A stretch of 64,000 nt of DNA from an uncultured Candidatus Saccharibacteria bacterium (GTDB taxonomy: Bacteria; Patescibacteriota; Dojkabacteria; GCA-016699595; JBAXKR01): positions 95,668 to 159,667 of the forward strand of contig CAYSFE010000001.1 of the NCBI GenBank assembly GCA_964430225.1, in the 5' to 3' direction. The notes under the pieces were generated by a model. It was given only the letters and a program-made list of their open reading frames with translations, was not told where the DNA came from and did no database searches. The position numbers and the translations under genes are program-made. Shown here in pieces: positions 52,383 to 62,142 of this stretch (positions are counted from its first letter, which is position 1; each line of letters starts with the position of its first letter).

Positions 52383-53554
52383 CTCCCGAATAACTTAGAT
52401 AAAGAATCAATTACATTTTGAATAAATCCAAACTGTAAGAAATCACGAAGTAATAATATCACAAAGAGACCCATTAAAGCTATGTATCCTGCCCCAACAA
52501 ACCTATTTAGCCATTTATCAGATAATTTCTTTCTTGTAATGGTCTCAATGACTACTAAAAGGATGTATCCACCATCTAATGCTGGTATTGGTAGTAGGTT
52601 AAATATACCTACCGATAAGGAGATTGCAGCACATAGCTCAAGAACATTTAAAAAATAGCTAGCTTCTATAAACTTGTATGTATATCTTGTAGCTTGGACT
52701 ATTGTTCCAGTTCCCTCACTTATCTTATTGAATGATCTATCCTTAAATGATTGTGAAATTAGATTACCAAACAAAGCTAAATTGTATTTTGTATAGTTTA
52801 GAGTATGAGCAATTGGAGCAAGTAGTTTATTACCTGAATAGTCGAGTCTATATACCTCTCCTGGAATTACAACTCCAATAATTGGAAATCCTTCAGCATT
52901 CTTTTCAGTCACAAGAACTTTATATTCTTTTATTGTAAGATCTTGAAGCTTTTGAAGCTTAATAGTTACCTCTTTACTAAAGTTTGATCTAATTACACTT
53001 TTAAATTCATCAATGTTATATACCTTTTTACCATTCATTTCTAAGACTATAGAGTTTTGAGGAAGTCCTGCTTTTGCTGCTGCCATTCCATCCTCAAGTG
53101 CTGATATTCTAGGAAGTTCTTCCACTATACTTACATTATCAAACTTCATAGAAATATCTTCAGATTTAGGCATGATCACAACAAAATTTGTGATAAGAAG
53201 ATAGATTGAGAAAATGATAATACCAAGTATTGCATTCATCACTACTCCATTTATGAGTATAAAGATCTTTTGAAGAGGTTTCTTAGTAGAAAAACTATCA
53301 GGCTCATCTATATGCCCTTCTTGTCCATGTACTTTTACATACCCACCTAATGGAAGAAGATTAAGTCTAAAAAGTGTTCCTTTCCATTTCTTCCCAATTA
53401 ACATCTTACCCATTCCAAATGCAAACTCATCCACTCTAACTCCACAAAGTTTAGAAGCAATGTAATGCCCAAATTCATGAATAGTAACAACTATTCCAAT
53501 TAGGAGAGTCATAACAATGATTGTTTGAAACAAGGCAGGTATGTCTATTGGCAT
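52379..53554 (-). CDS. rseP: RIP zinc metalloprotease RseP (site-2 protease, M50)
   Basis: HEFGHYIASK HExxH in the first transmembrane segment, a PDZ domain, and the LDGG motif (PALDGGYILL). Confidence 0.85.
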   Translation of the reverse strand: MPIDIPALFQTIIVMTLLIGIVVTIHEFGHYIASKLCGVRVDEFAFGMGKMLIGKKWKGTLFRLNLLPLGGYVKVHGQEGHIDEPDSFSTKKPLQKIFILINGVVMNAILGIIIFSIYLLITNFVVIMPKSEDISMKFDNVSIVEELPRISALEDGMAAAKAGLPQNSIVLEMNGKKVYNIDEFKSVIRSNFSKEVTIKLQKLQDLTIKEYKVLVTEKNAEGFPIIGVVIPGEVYRLDYSGNKLLAPIAHTLNYTKYNLALFGNLISQSFKDRSFNKISEGTGTIVQATRYTYKFIEASYFLNVLELCAAISLSVGIFNLLPIPALDGGYILLVVIETITRKKLSDKWLNRFVGAGYIALMGLFVILLLRDFLQFGFIQNVIDSLSKLFGR

Positions 53555-53555
53555 G

Positions 53556-54098
53556 TTATATTGTCATTAATTTTTTCTCTTTATCGCTAAGTATCGTGTC
53601 CACTTCTTTATTTGCATTGTCTACATCTAATTGTAATTTCTTTTCTTCTACTTTTAATTGATCTTCTGTTAAAAGACCATCTTTTTTGCTCTTATCAAGT
53701 TCTTGCATTATCTCTTTTCTTAATTGTCTTAGACTTACCTTTGCCTCTTCTGCCTTAGCTCCACATAGTTTTACAAATTCCTTTCTTTTTTCTTCATTTA
53801 AAGGTGGGAAGATTAGTTTAAGAGATTCAGAATCTACAACAGGATTTACTCCTAAGTTAGAAGCTTGAATAGCTTTTTGAATATCTTGAATAAGGCTCTT
53901 GTCCCAAGGTGATATTACTATCATATTTGAATCTACTGTAGAAATTGATGCTACTTGATTAAGAGGTGTAGGAGATCCGTATGCTTCAACCATAACCCCA
54001 TCAAGAAGTTCACTTCCTGGTCTACCAGCACGTACCTTAGAAAACTCATCTTTAAGATGATCTAGTGCTTTTACTTTTCCAATATTAAAATCATTCAT
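53556..54098 (-). CDS. frr: ribosome recycling factor
   Basis: 180 aa. N-terminus EFSKVRAGRP and the typical RRF length and charge pattern. Confidence 0.9.
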   Translation of the reverse strand: MNDFNIGKVKALDHLKDEFSKVRAGRPGSELLDGVMVEAYGSPTPLNQVASISTVDSNMIVISPWDKSLIQDIQKAIQASNLGVNPVVDSESLKLIFPPLNEEKRKEFVKLCGAKAEEAKVSLRQLRKEIMQELDKSKKDGLLTEDQLKVEEKKLQLDVDNANKEVDTILSDKEKKLMTI

Positions 54099-54104
54099 AT
54101 ACTT

Positions 54105-54692
54105 TTAAGATACAGTAATTCTCTCAATTCTGCTAATTACTATTTTCTCACCAAGTTTTGCAAGCATTTCATTATATAGATCTTTGATTTTCTTAGAGTT
54201 ATCTTTTATCCAAGGTTGTTCCATCAATACAACTTCTTCATAGAATTTTGATAGTTTTCCTTCTGCAATCTTTTCAGCAATGTTTTGTGGTTTACCAGTC
54301 TTTTTTACTTCCTCAACATATATTGCTTTTTCTTTAGCAAGTACATCAGCAGGAACATCTTCTATCTTAATATATGTAGGATTTTGAGAAGCTACTTGCA
54401 TAGCAAGCTCTTTAGCAAACTCTTGGAAATCTTTTCCTTGACTTACAAAGTCTGTTTCAGACATAACTATAGCAAGTCCAAGTAATTGACCATTATGTAA
54501 GTATGTACCAATCCATCCATGTTCAGATGTTTTATCTGATCTCTTAGATAGCTTAGCAATACCTTTCTTTCTTAATATTTCATATGCTTTCTCAATATCA
54601 CCCTTAGCTTCTTCAAGAGCTGATTTACAGTCAGCAAAACCAACACTAGATCTTTCCCTTAGTTGTTTAACTAGATTCATATCTATTGCCAT
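54105..54692 (-). CDS. tsf: translation elongation factor Ts (short form)
   Basis: N-terminal UBA-like LVKQLRERSSVGFADCKSALEEAKGDIEKA. Confidence 0.9.
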   Translation of the reverse strand: MAIDMNLVKQLRERSSVGFADCKSALEEAKGDIEKAYEILRKKGIAKLSKRSDKTSEHGWIGTYLHNGQLLGLAIVMSETDFVSQGKDFQEFAKELAMQVASQNPTYIKIEDVPADVLAKEKAIYVEEVKKTGKPQNIAEKIAEGKLSKFYEEVVLMEQPWIKDNSKKIKDLYNEMLAKLGEKIVISRIERITVS

Positions 54693-54729
54693 ATCTACCT
54701 CCTATTTGTGAATTTATGTATATATATTA

Positions 54730-55725
54730 TTATTTAGTAGCTTTTTTTGCTACTTTTTTTGTTACTGCTTTCTTTGGAGCTGCTTTCTTAGCAGGTGTAG
54801 CCTTTTTAGCTACAGCTTTTACTGTTTTCTTAACTGTCTTTACTTCTTTAACTTCTTCTTTTTTTACAACTTTTTCAACAGGTTTTACCTTAGCAACTTC
54901 TTTTTGTACTCTTACTCTTACCTTTTTAGCTTTTACAACTTCTTCAACTTTCTTAACAATCTTTTTAACTTCTACTTTAGAATAGTCTTTTTGTACATGT
55001 TTTACTCCATTTCCTTTATTTCCATTCTTAACAGCGTCTCCAATTAATCCCATTATCATTTTGATAGCACTTAATGCATCATCATTTGTAAATATTGGAT
55101 AAGTTACAACTGAAGGATCAGTATTTGTGTCTATTAATCCTACTGTAACGATATTTAGTTCATCAGCTTCTAATATTACTGATTTTTCAAATGTTGGATC
55201 TACTACTACGATAAGTTTTGGAAGATATTCCATTGTCTTGATTCCACCGTATAGTCTATCTAATCTCATCCACTCTTTTTTCATCCAAGAAATTTCTTGC
55301 TTTGTTCTACCTTCAATTCCAGTTTCAAAATCTGATTCTAGTTTTCTTAATCTATCTAAACTTTTCTTAACATGTTTGAAGTTTGTTAACAGTCCTCCTA
55401 CCCATCTATGTGTTACATAGAAAGCACCTGCATCTTTAGCAACAGCTTCTACAATATCTTTAGCTTGATTCTTAGTTCCAACTATTAATACATTTCCAAA
55501 TGAAGCTGCTTTAGCAATTTCAGCTAATGAAACATTAAGAGATTCAATAGTTTTATTTACGTCTATTATATGAATTCCATTTCTAGCACCAAAGATAAAG
55601 CTCTTAGCTTTAGGATTCCATTTATTAGTCTGATGACCAAAATGCACTCCAGCCTTTAAAAAATCCTTGTAGTCAGGTAGAGTTGGTGAATATTTAACTA
55701 CTTTTACTTCTTTAGTTACTTCCAT
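54730..55725 (-). CDS. rpsB: ribosomal protein S2 with a C-terminal Lys/Val/Ala-rich extension of about 90 aa
   Basis: AGVHFGHQTNKWNPKAKSFIFGARNGIHIIDV, in the rpsB-tsf order. Confidence 0.9.
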   Translation of the reverse strand: MEVTKEVKVVKYSPTLPDYKDFLKAGVHFGHQTNKWNPKAKSFIFGARNGIHIIDVNKTIESLNVSLAEIAKAASFGNVLIVGTKNQAKDIVEAVAKDAGAFYVTHRWVGGLLTNFKHVKKSLDRLRKLESDFETGIEGRTKQEISWMKKEWMRLDRLYGGIKTMEYLPKLIVVVDPTFEKSVILEADELNIVTVGLIDTNTDPSVVTYPIFTNDDALSAIKMIMGLIGDAVKNGNKGNGVKHVQKDYSKVEVKKIVKKVEEVVKAKKVRVRVQKEVAKVKPVEKVVKKEEVKEVKTVKKTVKAVAKKATPAKKAAPKKAVTKKVAKKATK

Positions 55726-55868
55726 ATAAAAATTTGATATATAAATATAAAGACGAATTCAATTATATCAGTTGACAGCATATATTCAAGGGGAAAGGGC
55801 TTTAAACTTGAATTAATATGACTATTTTTAAGCTTTCCAATTTTAAAACTATAATTTTACTAATTACA

Positions 55869-56129
55869 TCAATTAATTGTAGTACTATCAGGCCCTATTA
55901 TTCCATAATCAGTATCATCGGTACTTATTTCTACAAATGGAAATGCAACAATTCCCTTTCTAATTATCTCTCCTTTTTCATTATAGACAACATCAAGCTC
56001 TATTGCTTGATCTGTATCTGGTAATTCAAAACCATTAGGAACTTGACCATAACATCTCTCACCATCTATAAGAACTACAACAAGAGTATCCTTTATAGAT
56101 TCAAAATCATTAATAGGTTCTTCAGGCAA
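55869..56129 (-). CDS. hypothetical small acidic protein
   Basis: 86-aa ORF only. No family recognised. Confidence 0.3.
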   Translation of the reverse strand: MPEEPINDFESIKDTLVVVLIDGERCYGQVPNGFELPDTDQAIELDVVYNEKGEIIRKGIVAFPFVEISTDDTDYGIIGPDSTTIN

Positions 56130-56209
56130 TAGATCAAAAACATAATAATGGAGAGATTATACTCTTTAAAAGAGATTACTTAAATTTTCAGAATCTATTT
56201 TATATATAA

Positions 56210-56674
56210 TCAATCAACTATTTCTTGAGGCTTAAGATCTGATAAATAAAGCCCCAGCCTATTCATTATTTTTCTTACTAGTTCAACTCTACCTTCATGT
56301 GATAACCCTCTTATGCCTTTTACTTTTTCTACAGCCCTAGCTCCTTTTCCAATAACAACATCTTCTTTTTCGGCTATACTTCTCAAGTAATTCCTTTCTA
56401 GTGCGTCTCTTTCTTGACTTCCGTTTTGAGGTAGAGGTTTAGTTAAGCGTCCAAGTAGAATTTTTAACATTTCCCATCGACTCTTTCCTTTTTGTTCTCC
56501 AAACTGAACATCTACAGGAGCGTTTAATTCGCCTAGAAAGGTTTCTACTGCACTATCAAGACCCTTTTCATCATTCATTCTCTCTCTTACTTTTGCAACT
56601 TTTTTCTCAGCCTCACTCCCTGCATAAACCATTTGATCAGGTGTAACTTGATCAGCTAATGCCATGTTTAACAT
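56210..56674 (-). CDS. hypothetical protein
   Basis: 154-aa ORF. No family recognised. Confidence 0.4.
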   Translation of the reverse strand: MLNMALADQVTPDQMVYAGSEAEKKVAKVRERMNDEKGLDSAVETFLGELNAPVDVQFGEQKGKSRWEMLKILLGRLTKPLPQNGSQERDALERNYLRSIAEKEDVVIGKGARAVEKVKGIRGLSHEGRVELVRKIMNRLGLYLSDLKPQEIVD

Positions 56675-56717
56675 CCTAAAATATTAATATCCGGGATTAT
56701 ACCACTTTCAAAAACTA

Positions 56718-57380
56718 CTATATGTCAAATATTACTTCATTGGGATAAATTACTAACCTACCCATATATCTTTGTATTAGATAGTTATTCCCTCTCCCTT
56801 TCTCCTCATATATATCTCTTGGAACTGTATAGATTTCCCTATCTTGTTCAAATGCTAACTTAGCACTAATCATACTTCCGCTATCTATTTCACATTCAGG
56901 AATAAAGAGTTTTGCCGAGAGTCCTGTAATTATCCTATTTCTAAAATAGAAGTTTTGTTTAGTCAGAGATGATCCTTCTTCATACTCTGAAATTAATAGT
57001 CCACCACTATCTAAAATACTCTCTGATAAAGGTATTGATGATTTAGGGTATATATTCTCTATTGAAGATGGAAGTACTGCTATTACTTTTCCTTTATTCT
57101 CTATTGCTACTTCATGACATAAACTGTCTATACCTAATGCAAGTCCACTAACAATTACATGTCCATTTTCTACAAAATATTTTGTAAATTCTTTAGTGAT
57201 TTGAATTCCTTTCTTACTTACCTTTCTACTTCCTACAATGGAAATATTCTTTTCACTATCTTTAAGAAGCTCTATGTTTCCTTTAAGATAAAGGATTTTA
57301 GGGGGATCATATATTTCTTTTAATGAAAGTGGATAGATAGAAGAATATATATCTATCTTGATTACTTTTTCTTTATACAT
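56718..57380 (-). CDS. dprA: DNA-processing protein DprA (Smf), Rossmann-only short form
   Basis: ISIVGSRKVSKKG...VSGLALGIDSLCHEVAI...AVLPSSIENIYP matches the DprA core. Confidence 0.65.
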   Translation of the reverse strand: MYKEKVIKIDIYSSIYPLSLKEIYDPPKILYLKGNIELLKDSEKNISIVGSRKVSKKGIQITKEFTKYFVENGHVIVSGLALGIDSLCHEVAIENKGKVIAVLPSSIENIYPKSSIPLSESILDSGGLLISEYEEGSSLTKQNFYFRNRIITGLSAKLFIPECEIDSGSMISAKLAFEQDREIYTVPRDIYEEKGRGNNYLIQRYMGRLVIYPNEVIFDI

Positions 57381-59068
57381 TACTTTTTGAAAGTTGATTC
57401 TATGACTTCAGTACTATTAAATCCCCATGAACCACCTCTTAGAAATACTGCAAATGAGTATTCTGGGTCTTCATATGGCCAAAACCCTGTTGAAAAAGAG
57501 TTAGCAGCGGACGAAGGCCCTACTTCAGATGATCCAGTCTTAGCAGCAAAGTTTGGTGTAAGTTTATTTAGTTTGTATGCAGAACCATCAGTAACAGCTT
57601 GTCTCATACCTTTCTTAATATCCAGATATATATTTTTATCTACTTTAGAATCTACAAATATGGAAGGAACATATGTAAATGTTTTAGATGACCTAACACC
57701 TAAATGAGGGGTATATGTAATTCCTTCATTAGCTACATTCGAAGATATATTCATTAGTTGAATTAGGGTAATCCTATTTAGTCCCTGCCCTATTGCTGTA
57801 TTACAGCTATCACCATAGTACCAAGCAGAATTTTCTAATTTCTTTTTTAATTCACGAGTAGCCACACTACTTTTAATTTCTTCTTTTAAATCAATATCTG
57901 ATTTGGAACTAAGGTTAAGTTTATCTGTATATATATTTAATTTATCTATTCCCATTTTAAGCATATTTGTACAAAAGAATACGTTACTAGATTTAGCAAT
58001 GGCTCTATATAGATCAACATTACCTAAGACACTTTCCTCAGCTTCACAAAATATCTCTCCTCTATCTGATAGTTTCATACATCCTTCTGAATTAACAACT
58101 GTCTTTGTATCTATTGTTTTACTATCAAGTAAAGCTAAAGCAACAACAGGTTTAAATGTAGATCCTATTGGCTGTGGTAATGATACAACTTTGTTTATGA
58201 GAGGAAGATTAGGATCAGATAAGAGTTTTTCATATTCTTTCTTAGGTAGGAAAGATGAAAACATATTTGTATCAAATCCTGGATAACTTACCATTGCAAG
58301 AATCTCACCATTCTTTACATTTGATATTACAGCAGCTCCTGCACCCAACCCTTCTTTCTTAAGTTTAGCTTCTAAAGAAGAATATAGCTTTTGCTGTAAA
58401 GATATATCTATACTTAAATATATATCTTCTCCATTTATGGGTTCTACTACTTGACCAGAAGAAGCTATGTATCCATTAGTTCCAGAAAGTATTTGATCAT
58501 ATGTTCTCTCTATTCCAAACTTTCCTACTTCTATATCAGGTAAACTTTCAGAGGTATATCCAACTACATGAGACAATATATATGGATACACATATTTTCT
58601 TTTAAAGAAAGTAGTGACTTTGATTCCTGGTAATTCATCTTTCTTAGCTGATATCTTTAATACTTGATCTCTTTCTATACTTGGAACAAGAAGTAAATCT
58701 TTAAAACGTATTTCTTTATCCTCTTTTACCGTTTTCTCTTTAAAATTTTCTATTAGATCTTCTTTATTTATCCCAACAATATCAGCAATCTTCCCTACAA
58801 TATCTAATCCCTCAGAAGAACTAACTAGAGTATTATCAAAGATTACTTTGTATCCAGGTTCATTGTATGCAAGTAAAACTCCATTCCTATCATATATATT
58901 TCCTCTTTGCGCTACTAAAGTTTCTGACTTTTGATCAACAAAACTTGAAAGTTGATTCTCCTCATATGCATTACTTACCTGGAGTTTAAATATACTTATC
59001 CAAAGAAATATCCCAATAACGAGTATTAGGGCAAAGGAAAGAAGTGATTTTAAAATATATTTAATCAT
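57380..59068 (-). CDS. mrdA: class B penicillin-binding protein (PBP2-type transpeptidase)
   Basis: SxxK (GSTFKP), SSN and KTG(S) motifs and an N-terminal transmembrane segment. Directly downstream of mreD. Confidence 0.85.
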   Translation of the reverse strand: MIKYILKSLLSFALILVIGIFLWISIFKLQVSNAYEENQLSSFVDQKSETLVAQRGNIYDRNGVLLAYNEPGYKVIFDNTLVSSSEGLDIVGKIADIVGINKEDLIENFKEKTVKEDKEIRFKDLLLVPSIERDQVLKISAKKDELPGIKVTTFFKRKYVYPYILSHVVGYTSESLPDIEVGKFGIERTYDQILSGTNGYIASSGQVVEPINGEDIYLSIDISLQQKLYSSLEAKLKKEGLGAGAAVISNVKNGEILAMVSYPGFDTNMFSSFLPKKEYEKLLSDPNLPLINKVVSLPQPIGSTFKPVVALALLDSKTIDTKTVVNSEGCMKLSDRGEIFCEAEESVLGNVDLYRAIAKSSNVFFCTNMLKMGIDKLNIYTDKLNLSSKSDIDLKEEIKSSVATRELKKKLENSAWYYGDSCNTAIGQGLNRITLIQLMNISSNVANEGITYTPHLGVRSSKTFTYVPSIFVDSKVDKNIYLDIKKGMRQAVTDGSAYKLNKLTPNFAAKTGSSEVGPSSAANSFSTGFWPYEDPEYSFAVFLRGGSWGFNSTEVIESTFKK

Positions 59069-59480
59069 TTAATTTGAAATATATTCTCTGTAACAAAATA
59101 TTTATGAGAGTAAATATGATTAACTCAAATATATTTAGTCCAAATGTAAGGTATGAATATATTAATAAAACAAAATATATATAGACTGCTCTTAATATAT
59201 TCTTATCAAAAAGTGTCACAAACTTAGGAAAGATATATTCAGAGAGTAAACAGACAATAACAACAAGACCTAAAGGCAAATATATATTTATACCTAAAAT
59301 GTATAGTAGACAGAGGGATACAGCTATTAATCCTACTTTTAAATTGTCGATATCAAAGATAAATAAAACTGTGAGAAGGAAAAAGAATAGGTACTTTTCA
59401 AAAAGGAAATTACCATGGAATATTATTAATAATATTAGAGAAAGAAGGAATAAAAAGATTTTAAATATCTTCTTTATCAT
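59061..59480 (-). CDS. mreD: rod shape-determining protein MreD (by context)
   Basis: 139-aa polytopic membrane protein lying between mreC and mrdA. Confidence 0.5.
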   Translation of the reverse strand: MIKKIFKIFLFLLSLILLIIFHGNFLFEKYLFFFLLTVLFIFDIDNLKVGLIAVSLCLLYILGINIYLPLGLVVIVCLLSEYIFPKFVTLFDKNILRAVYIYFVLLIYSYLTFGLNIFELIIFTLINILLQRIYFKLND

Positions 59481-60256
59481 TTTGAGAGTATTACAAAAAC
59501 TAAATCTAGTTTTGAATAATCAAGAGATCTAGTTATCACAACATCTTTATTAAATCCATTTTGAGAATTTCTAATCTCGCTCACTTCCCCTATTATGAGG
59601 TTCTTCATTACATCTGTATTACTTGAATCAGTAACAATTAGATCTCCAACTTTTATAATTTCTCCAGGTAAAACTAAACTCATAATGAGTTCATTACTAG
59701 AATTAAGAGTAAGGTTTCCCTTAGCACTTAAGTCTTTATTTGTAACAATATATGAGTATTTATTGGAAGATAGTAATGTGACTTGTGATTTACTCTCTCC
59801 TACTTCACTTACTTTACCAACTAAAAAGTCATTAAGTACTACAGCATTACCAACAGCTACCCCACTACTTTTTCCTACATTAATAGTGATCTCACTTGGA
59901 GTTAAATAGTTGTTCATACCAGTAACACCTGCCAACACTTTATTCTCCTTACTTGTTTCTTTTGAATTTAACTGAGATTTTAATTTCTCATTTTCAATTT
60001 CTAAACTTTGTAATTTAGAAAGTTTCGAAAGTAAATCAAGATTTTCTTTTTTAAGAGTTTCATTCTCTTCCCTATATACTCCTAGTCTATCAACAACTTC
60101 ACTTACAACAGATACTCTTTTAGAAATAGAAAATAAATAACTATCGATAGTATTTGTATCGATATTTATTACACCAATTACGGTAAGAAAGAGAAAAGAG
60201 AGGAAACAAACGAGAAACAGTATTGCTATCTTTTTAATGTTAAGTGTATTTTTCAT
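59477..60256 (-). CDS. mreC: rod shape-determining protein MreC
   Basis: N-terminal transmembrane segment, coiled coil (LKKENLDLLSKLSKLQSLEIENEKL) and the beta-domain FLVGKVSEV...VTLL. Confidence 0.7.
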   Translation of the reverse strand: MKNTLNIKKIAILFLVCFLSFLFLTVIGVINIDTNTIDSYLFSISKRVSVVSEVVDRLGVYREENETLKKENLDLLSKLSKLQSLEIENEKLKSQLNSKETSKENKVLAGVTGMNNYLTPSEITINVGKSSGVAVGNAVVLNDFLVGKVSEVGESKSQVTLLSSNKYSYIVTNKDLSAKGNLTLNSSNELIMSLVLPGEIIKVGDLIVTDSSNTDVMKNLIIGEVSEIRNSQNGFNKDVVITRSLDYSKLDLVFVILSK

Positions 60257-61329
60257 TAGTCAATTTTGTAGTCTTCTTCTTTCAATTGTAGCTTTTTAAA
60301 TAGATCTATTTGATCTAGTACCATATTACATCCTTTGACTACAGATGTAATTGGATCTTGTGCAATATGTACAGGAGTATTAAGTTTTGATTCAAAGAAT
60401 TTATCTATACCATATAGCATGGCACCACCTCCAGCCATCATTATTCCACTTCCTAATAGATCAGATAATATTTCAGGAGGAGCTTCTTCAAGTGCTGCTT
60501 TAGCAGCAGCGGCTATTTGATTTAGTACAACAAGTAAAGCTTCTCTTACTTCACTACTACTTATCTCTATAGTCTTAGGAAGTCCTGAAAGTAAATCACG
60601 ACCAGAAACATTTGAAACCGTTTCTTTAGAGAGAGGAAATGCAGATCCAATTTTAATTTTAAGTTCCTCTGCTGTTCTCTCTCCAATTAATAGCGCATAT
60701 TTATTCTTAATATATTCTACAATAGCTTCGTCCATTTCATCTCCTGCAATCCTAATAGTTTTATCTATTACTATTCCCCCTAGAGATAATATAGCTATAT
60801 CGCTAGTTCCTCCTCCAATATCTATGATCATACATCCACGTGCTTCACTAATCTTTAGCCCTGATCCTATTGCTGCTGCTACTGGTTCTTCTATGGTGTA
60901 TGCAGCTCTTGCTCCTGCTGAAAGAGCTGCATCAATCACTGCTTTTGCTTCTACTTCAGTAACAGAAGATGGAATACCAATTACTACTCGAGGACGAGGT
61001 AATTTAAATCCTTTTGTATGTAGATGAATCTTTTCAATGAAATATTTAAGCATTGCTTCTGTAGATTCGAAGTCTTGAATTACACCATCTCTTAATGGTC
61101 TCATGGCTACAACATTTGCAGGAGTTCTACCAATCATTTTTTTTGCTTCATTACCAACAGCAAGTACTTGATTAGTATCACGATTAATAGCGACAACTGA
61201 AGGTTCTTGAGCAACAATACCAATACCTTTAACAGATACAAGTGTAGAAGAAGTACCTAAGTCTATACCGACATCATATGTGATTTTAGAAAGTATGCGG
61301 TCAATAATATTAAGATTCATAGACAGCAT
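60256..61329 (-). CDS. mreB: actin-like rod shape-determining protein MreB
   Basis: DLGTSSTLVSVKGIGIVAQEPSVVAI and DIGGGTSDIAI actin-fold motifs. Confidence 0.9.
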   Translation of the reverse strand: MLSMNLNIIDRILSKITYDVGIDLGTSSTLVSVKGIGIVAQEPSVVAINRDTNQVLAVGNEAKKMIGRTPANVVAMRPLRDGVIQDFESTEAMLKYFIEKIHLHTKGFKLPRPRVVIGIPSSVTEVEAKAVIDAALSAGARAAYTIEEPVAAAIGSGLKISEARGCMIIDIGGGTSDIAILSLGGIVIDKTIRIAGDEMDEAIVEYIKNKYALLIGERTAEELKIKIGSAFPLSKETVSNVSGRDLLSGLPKTIEISSSEVREALLVVLNQIAAAAKAALEEAPPEILSDLLGSGIMMAGGGAMLYGIDKFFESKLNTPVHIAQDPITSVVKGCNMVLDQIDLFKKLQLKEEDYKID

Positions 61330-61358
61330 ATATCAGAAAGGAGAAATACAATCAATGA

Positions 61359-61574
61359 TTAAGCTAAAGCTTCAGCTTTAATTTTTTTGTAGAATTTCAT
61401 AGAAACCCAGACAGTCTTTGGAGTACCATCTTCCACAATCTTAAGTCTTCTAAGATTTGGTTTCCATTTTCTTTTGGTTGCAGGTGCTCTATATTCCCAT
61501 CCACCACCGTATTGATGCTTTCTGCTATTTCCAAAAGATGTAGTTTTTCCTGTAATATAACATTCTTTTCCCAT
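61359..61574 (-). CDS. rpmB: ribosomal protein L28
   Basis: CYITGKTTSFGNSRKHQ...RKWKPNLRRLKI. I start it at the internal Met. The ORF track extends 33 nt further upstream. Confidence 0.8.
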   Translation of the reverse strand: MGKECYITGKTTSFGNSRKHQYGGGWEYRAPATKRKWKPNLRRLKIVEDGTPKTVWVSMKFYKKIKAEALA

Positions 61575-61864
61575 AACGAAGTAGATTGTATCGTAAATAC
61601 CACACATTTATCAAGGTGTTTCCATATATACCTTTTCAAAGGTGAATATCCTCAATATATATACATAATTAGACTAGCTAAATTCATGTTTACTTCATTA
61701 CCTCTAGTGGTATACTTTAATTAGCTCTGAGGCATCGAAAACGGTCCAGTATAATAAAGACCTTAATAATAACTGAATGGGACAATGTCTTTTTGATAGA
61801 GCCTCGGTTTTATCAAGGGACGTCCCCCTTACATACGTAAGGCCTTTCAGACTGGAGAAATACT

Positions 61865-61894
61865 TTGCCTTGGAGCTTTCTATTCGTGTATAAT
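61865..61894 (+). promoter_or_regulatory. sigma70-like promoter (TTGCCT-18nt-TGTATAAT) for the tRNA-Thr pair
   Basis: The -10 element ends 10 nt before the mature 5' end of the tRNA. Confidence 0.4.
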
Positions 61895-61904
61895 GTCATT
61901 TGTC

Positions 61905-61979
61905 GCCGAAGTAGCTCAGTGGTAGAGCAACGGTTTTGTAAACCGTGGGTCGCAGGTTCAAATCCTGTCTTCGGCTCCA
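61905..61979 (+). tRNA. tRNA-Thr (anticodon UGU), CCA encoded
   Basis: GCCGAAGTAGCTCAGTGGTAGAGCAACGGTTTTGTAAACCGTGGGTCGCAGGTTCAAATCCTGTCTTCGGCTCCA gives a cloverleaf with anticodon loop TTTGTAA. Confidence 0.85.
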
Positions 61980-62030
61980 TTATTATTCTAATTCCCTATA
62001 CATATATAATTTGATAGAATACCTGTTGTT

Positions 62031-62106
62031 GCTGAAATAGCTCAGTTGGTAGAGCATTCCCATGGTAAGGGAAAGGTCTCGGGTTCAAGTCCCGATTTCA
62101 GCTCCA
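62031..62106 (+). tRNA. tRNA-Thr (anticodon GGU), CCA encoded
   Basis: GCTGAAATAGCTCAGTTGGTAGAGCATTCCCATGGTAAGGGAAAGGTCTCGGGTTCAAGTCCCGATTTCAGCTCCA, with anticodon loop ATGGTAA. Confidence 0.85.
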
Positions 62107-62142
62107 CTTATCTCTCTCCCCTATTTTTGATATATTAATTAA

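Noticed and set aside
50988-52400. An apparently GC-richer island around the paralog pair and rpsU, as a possible sign of horizontal transfer.
   Set aside because: My hand counts over 100-nt windows gave 38–39% here, against 29–38% elsewhere in the window, including 38% inside ctpA. That is within normal gene-to-gene variation and not a supportable anomaly.
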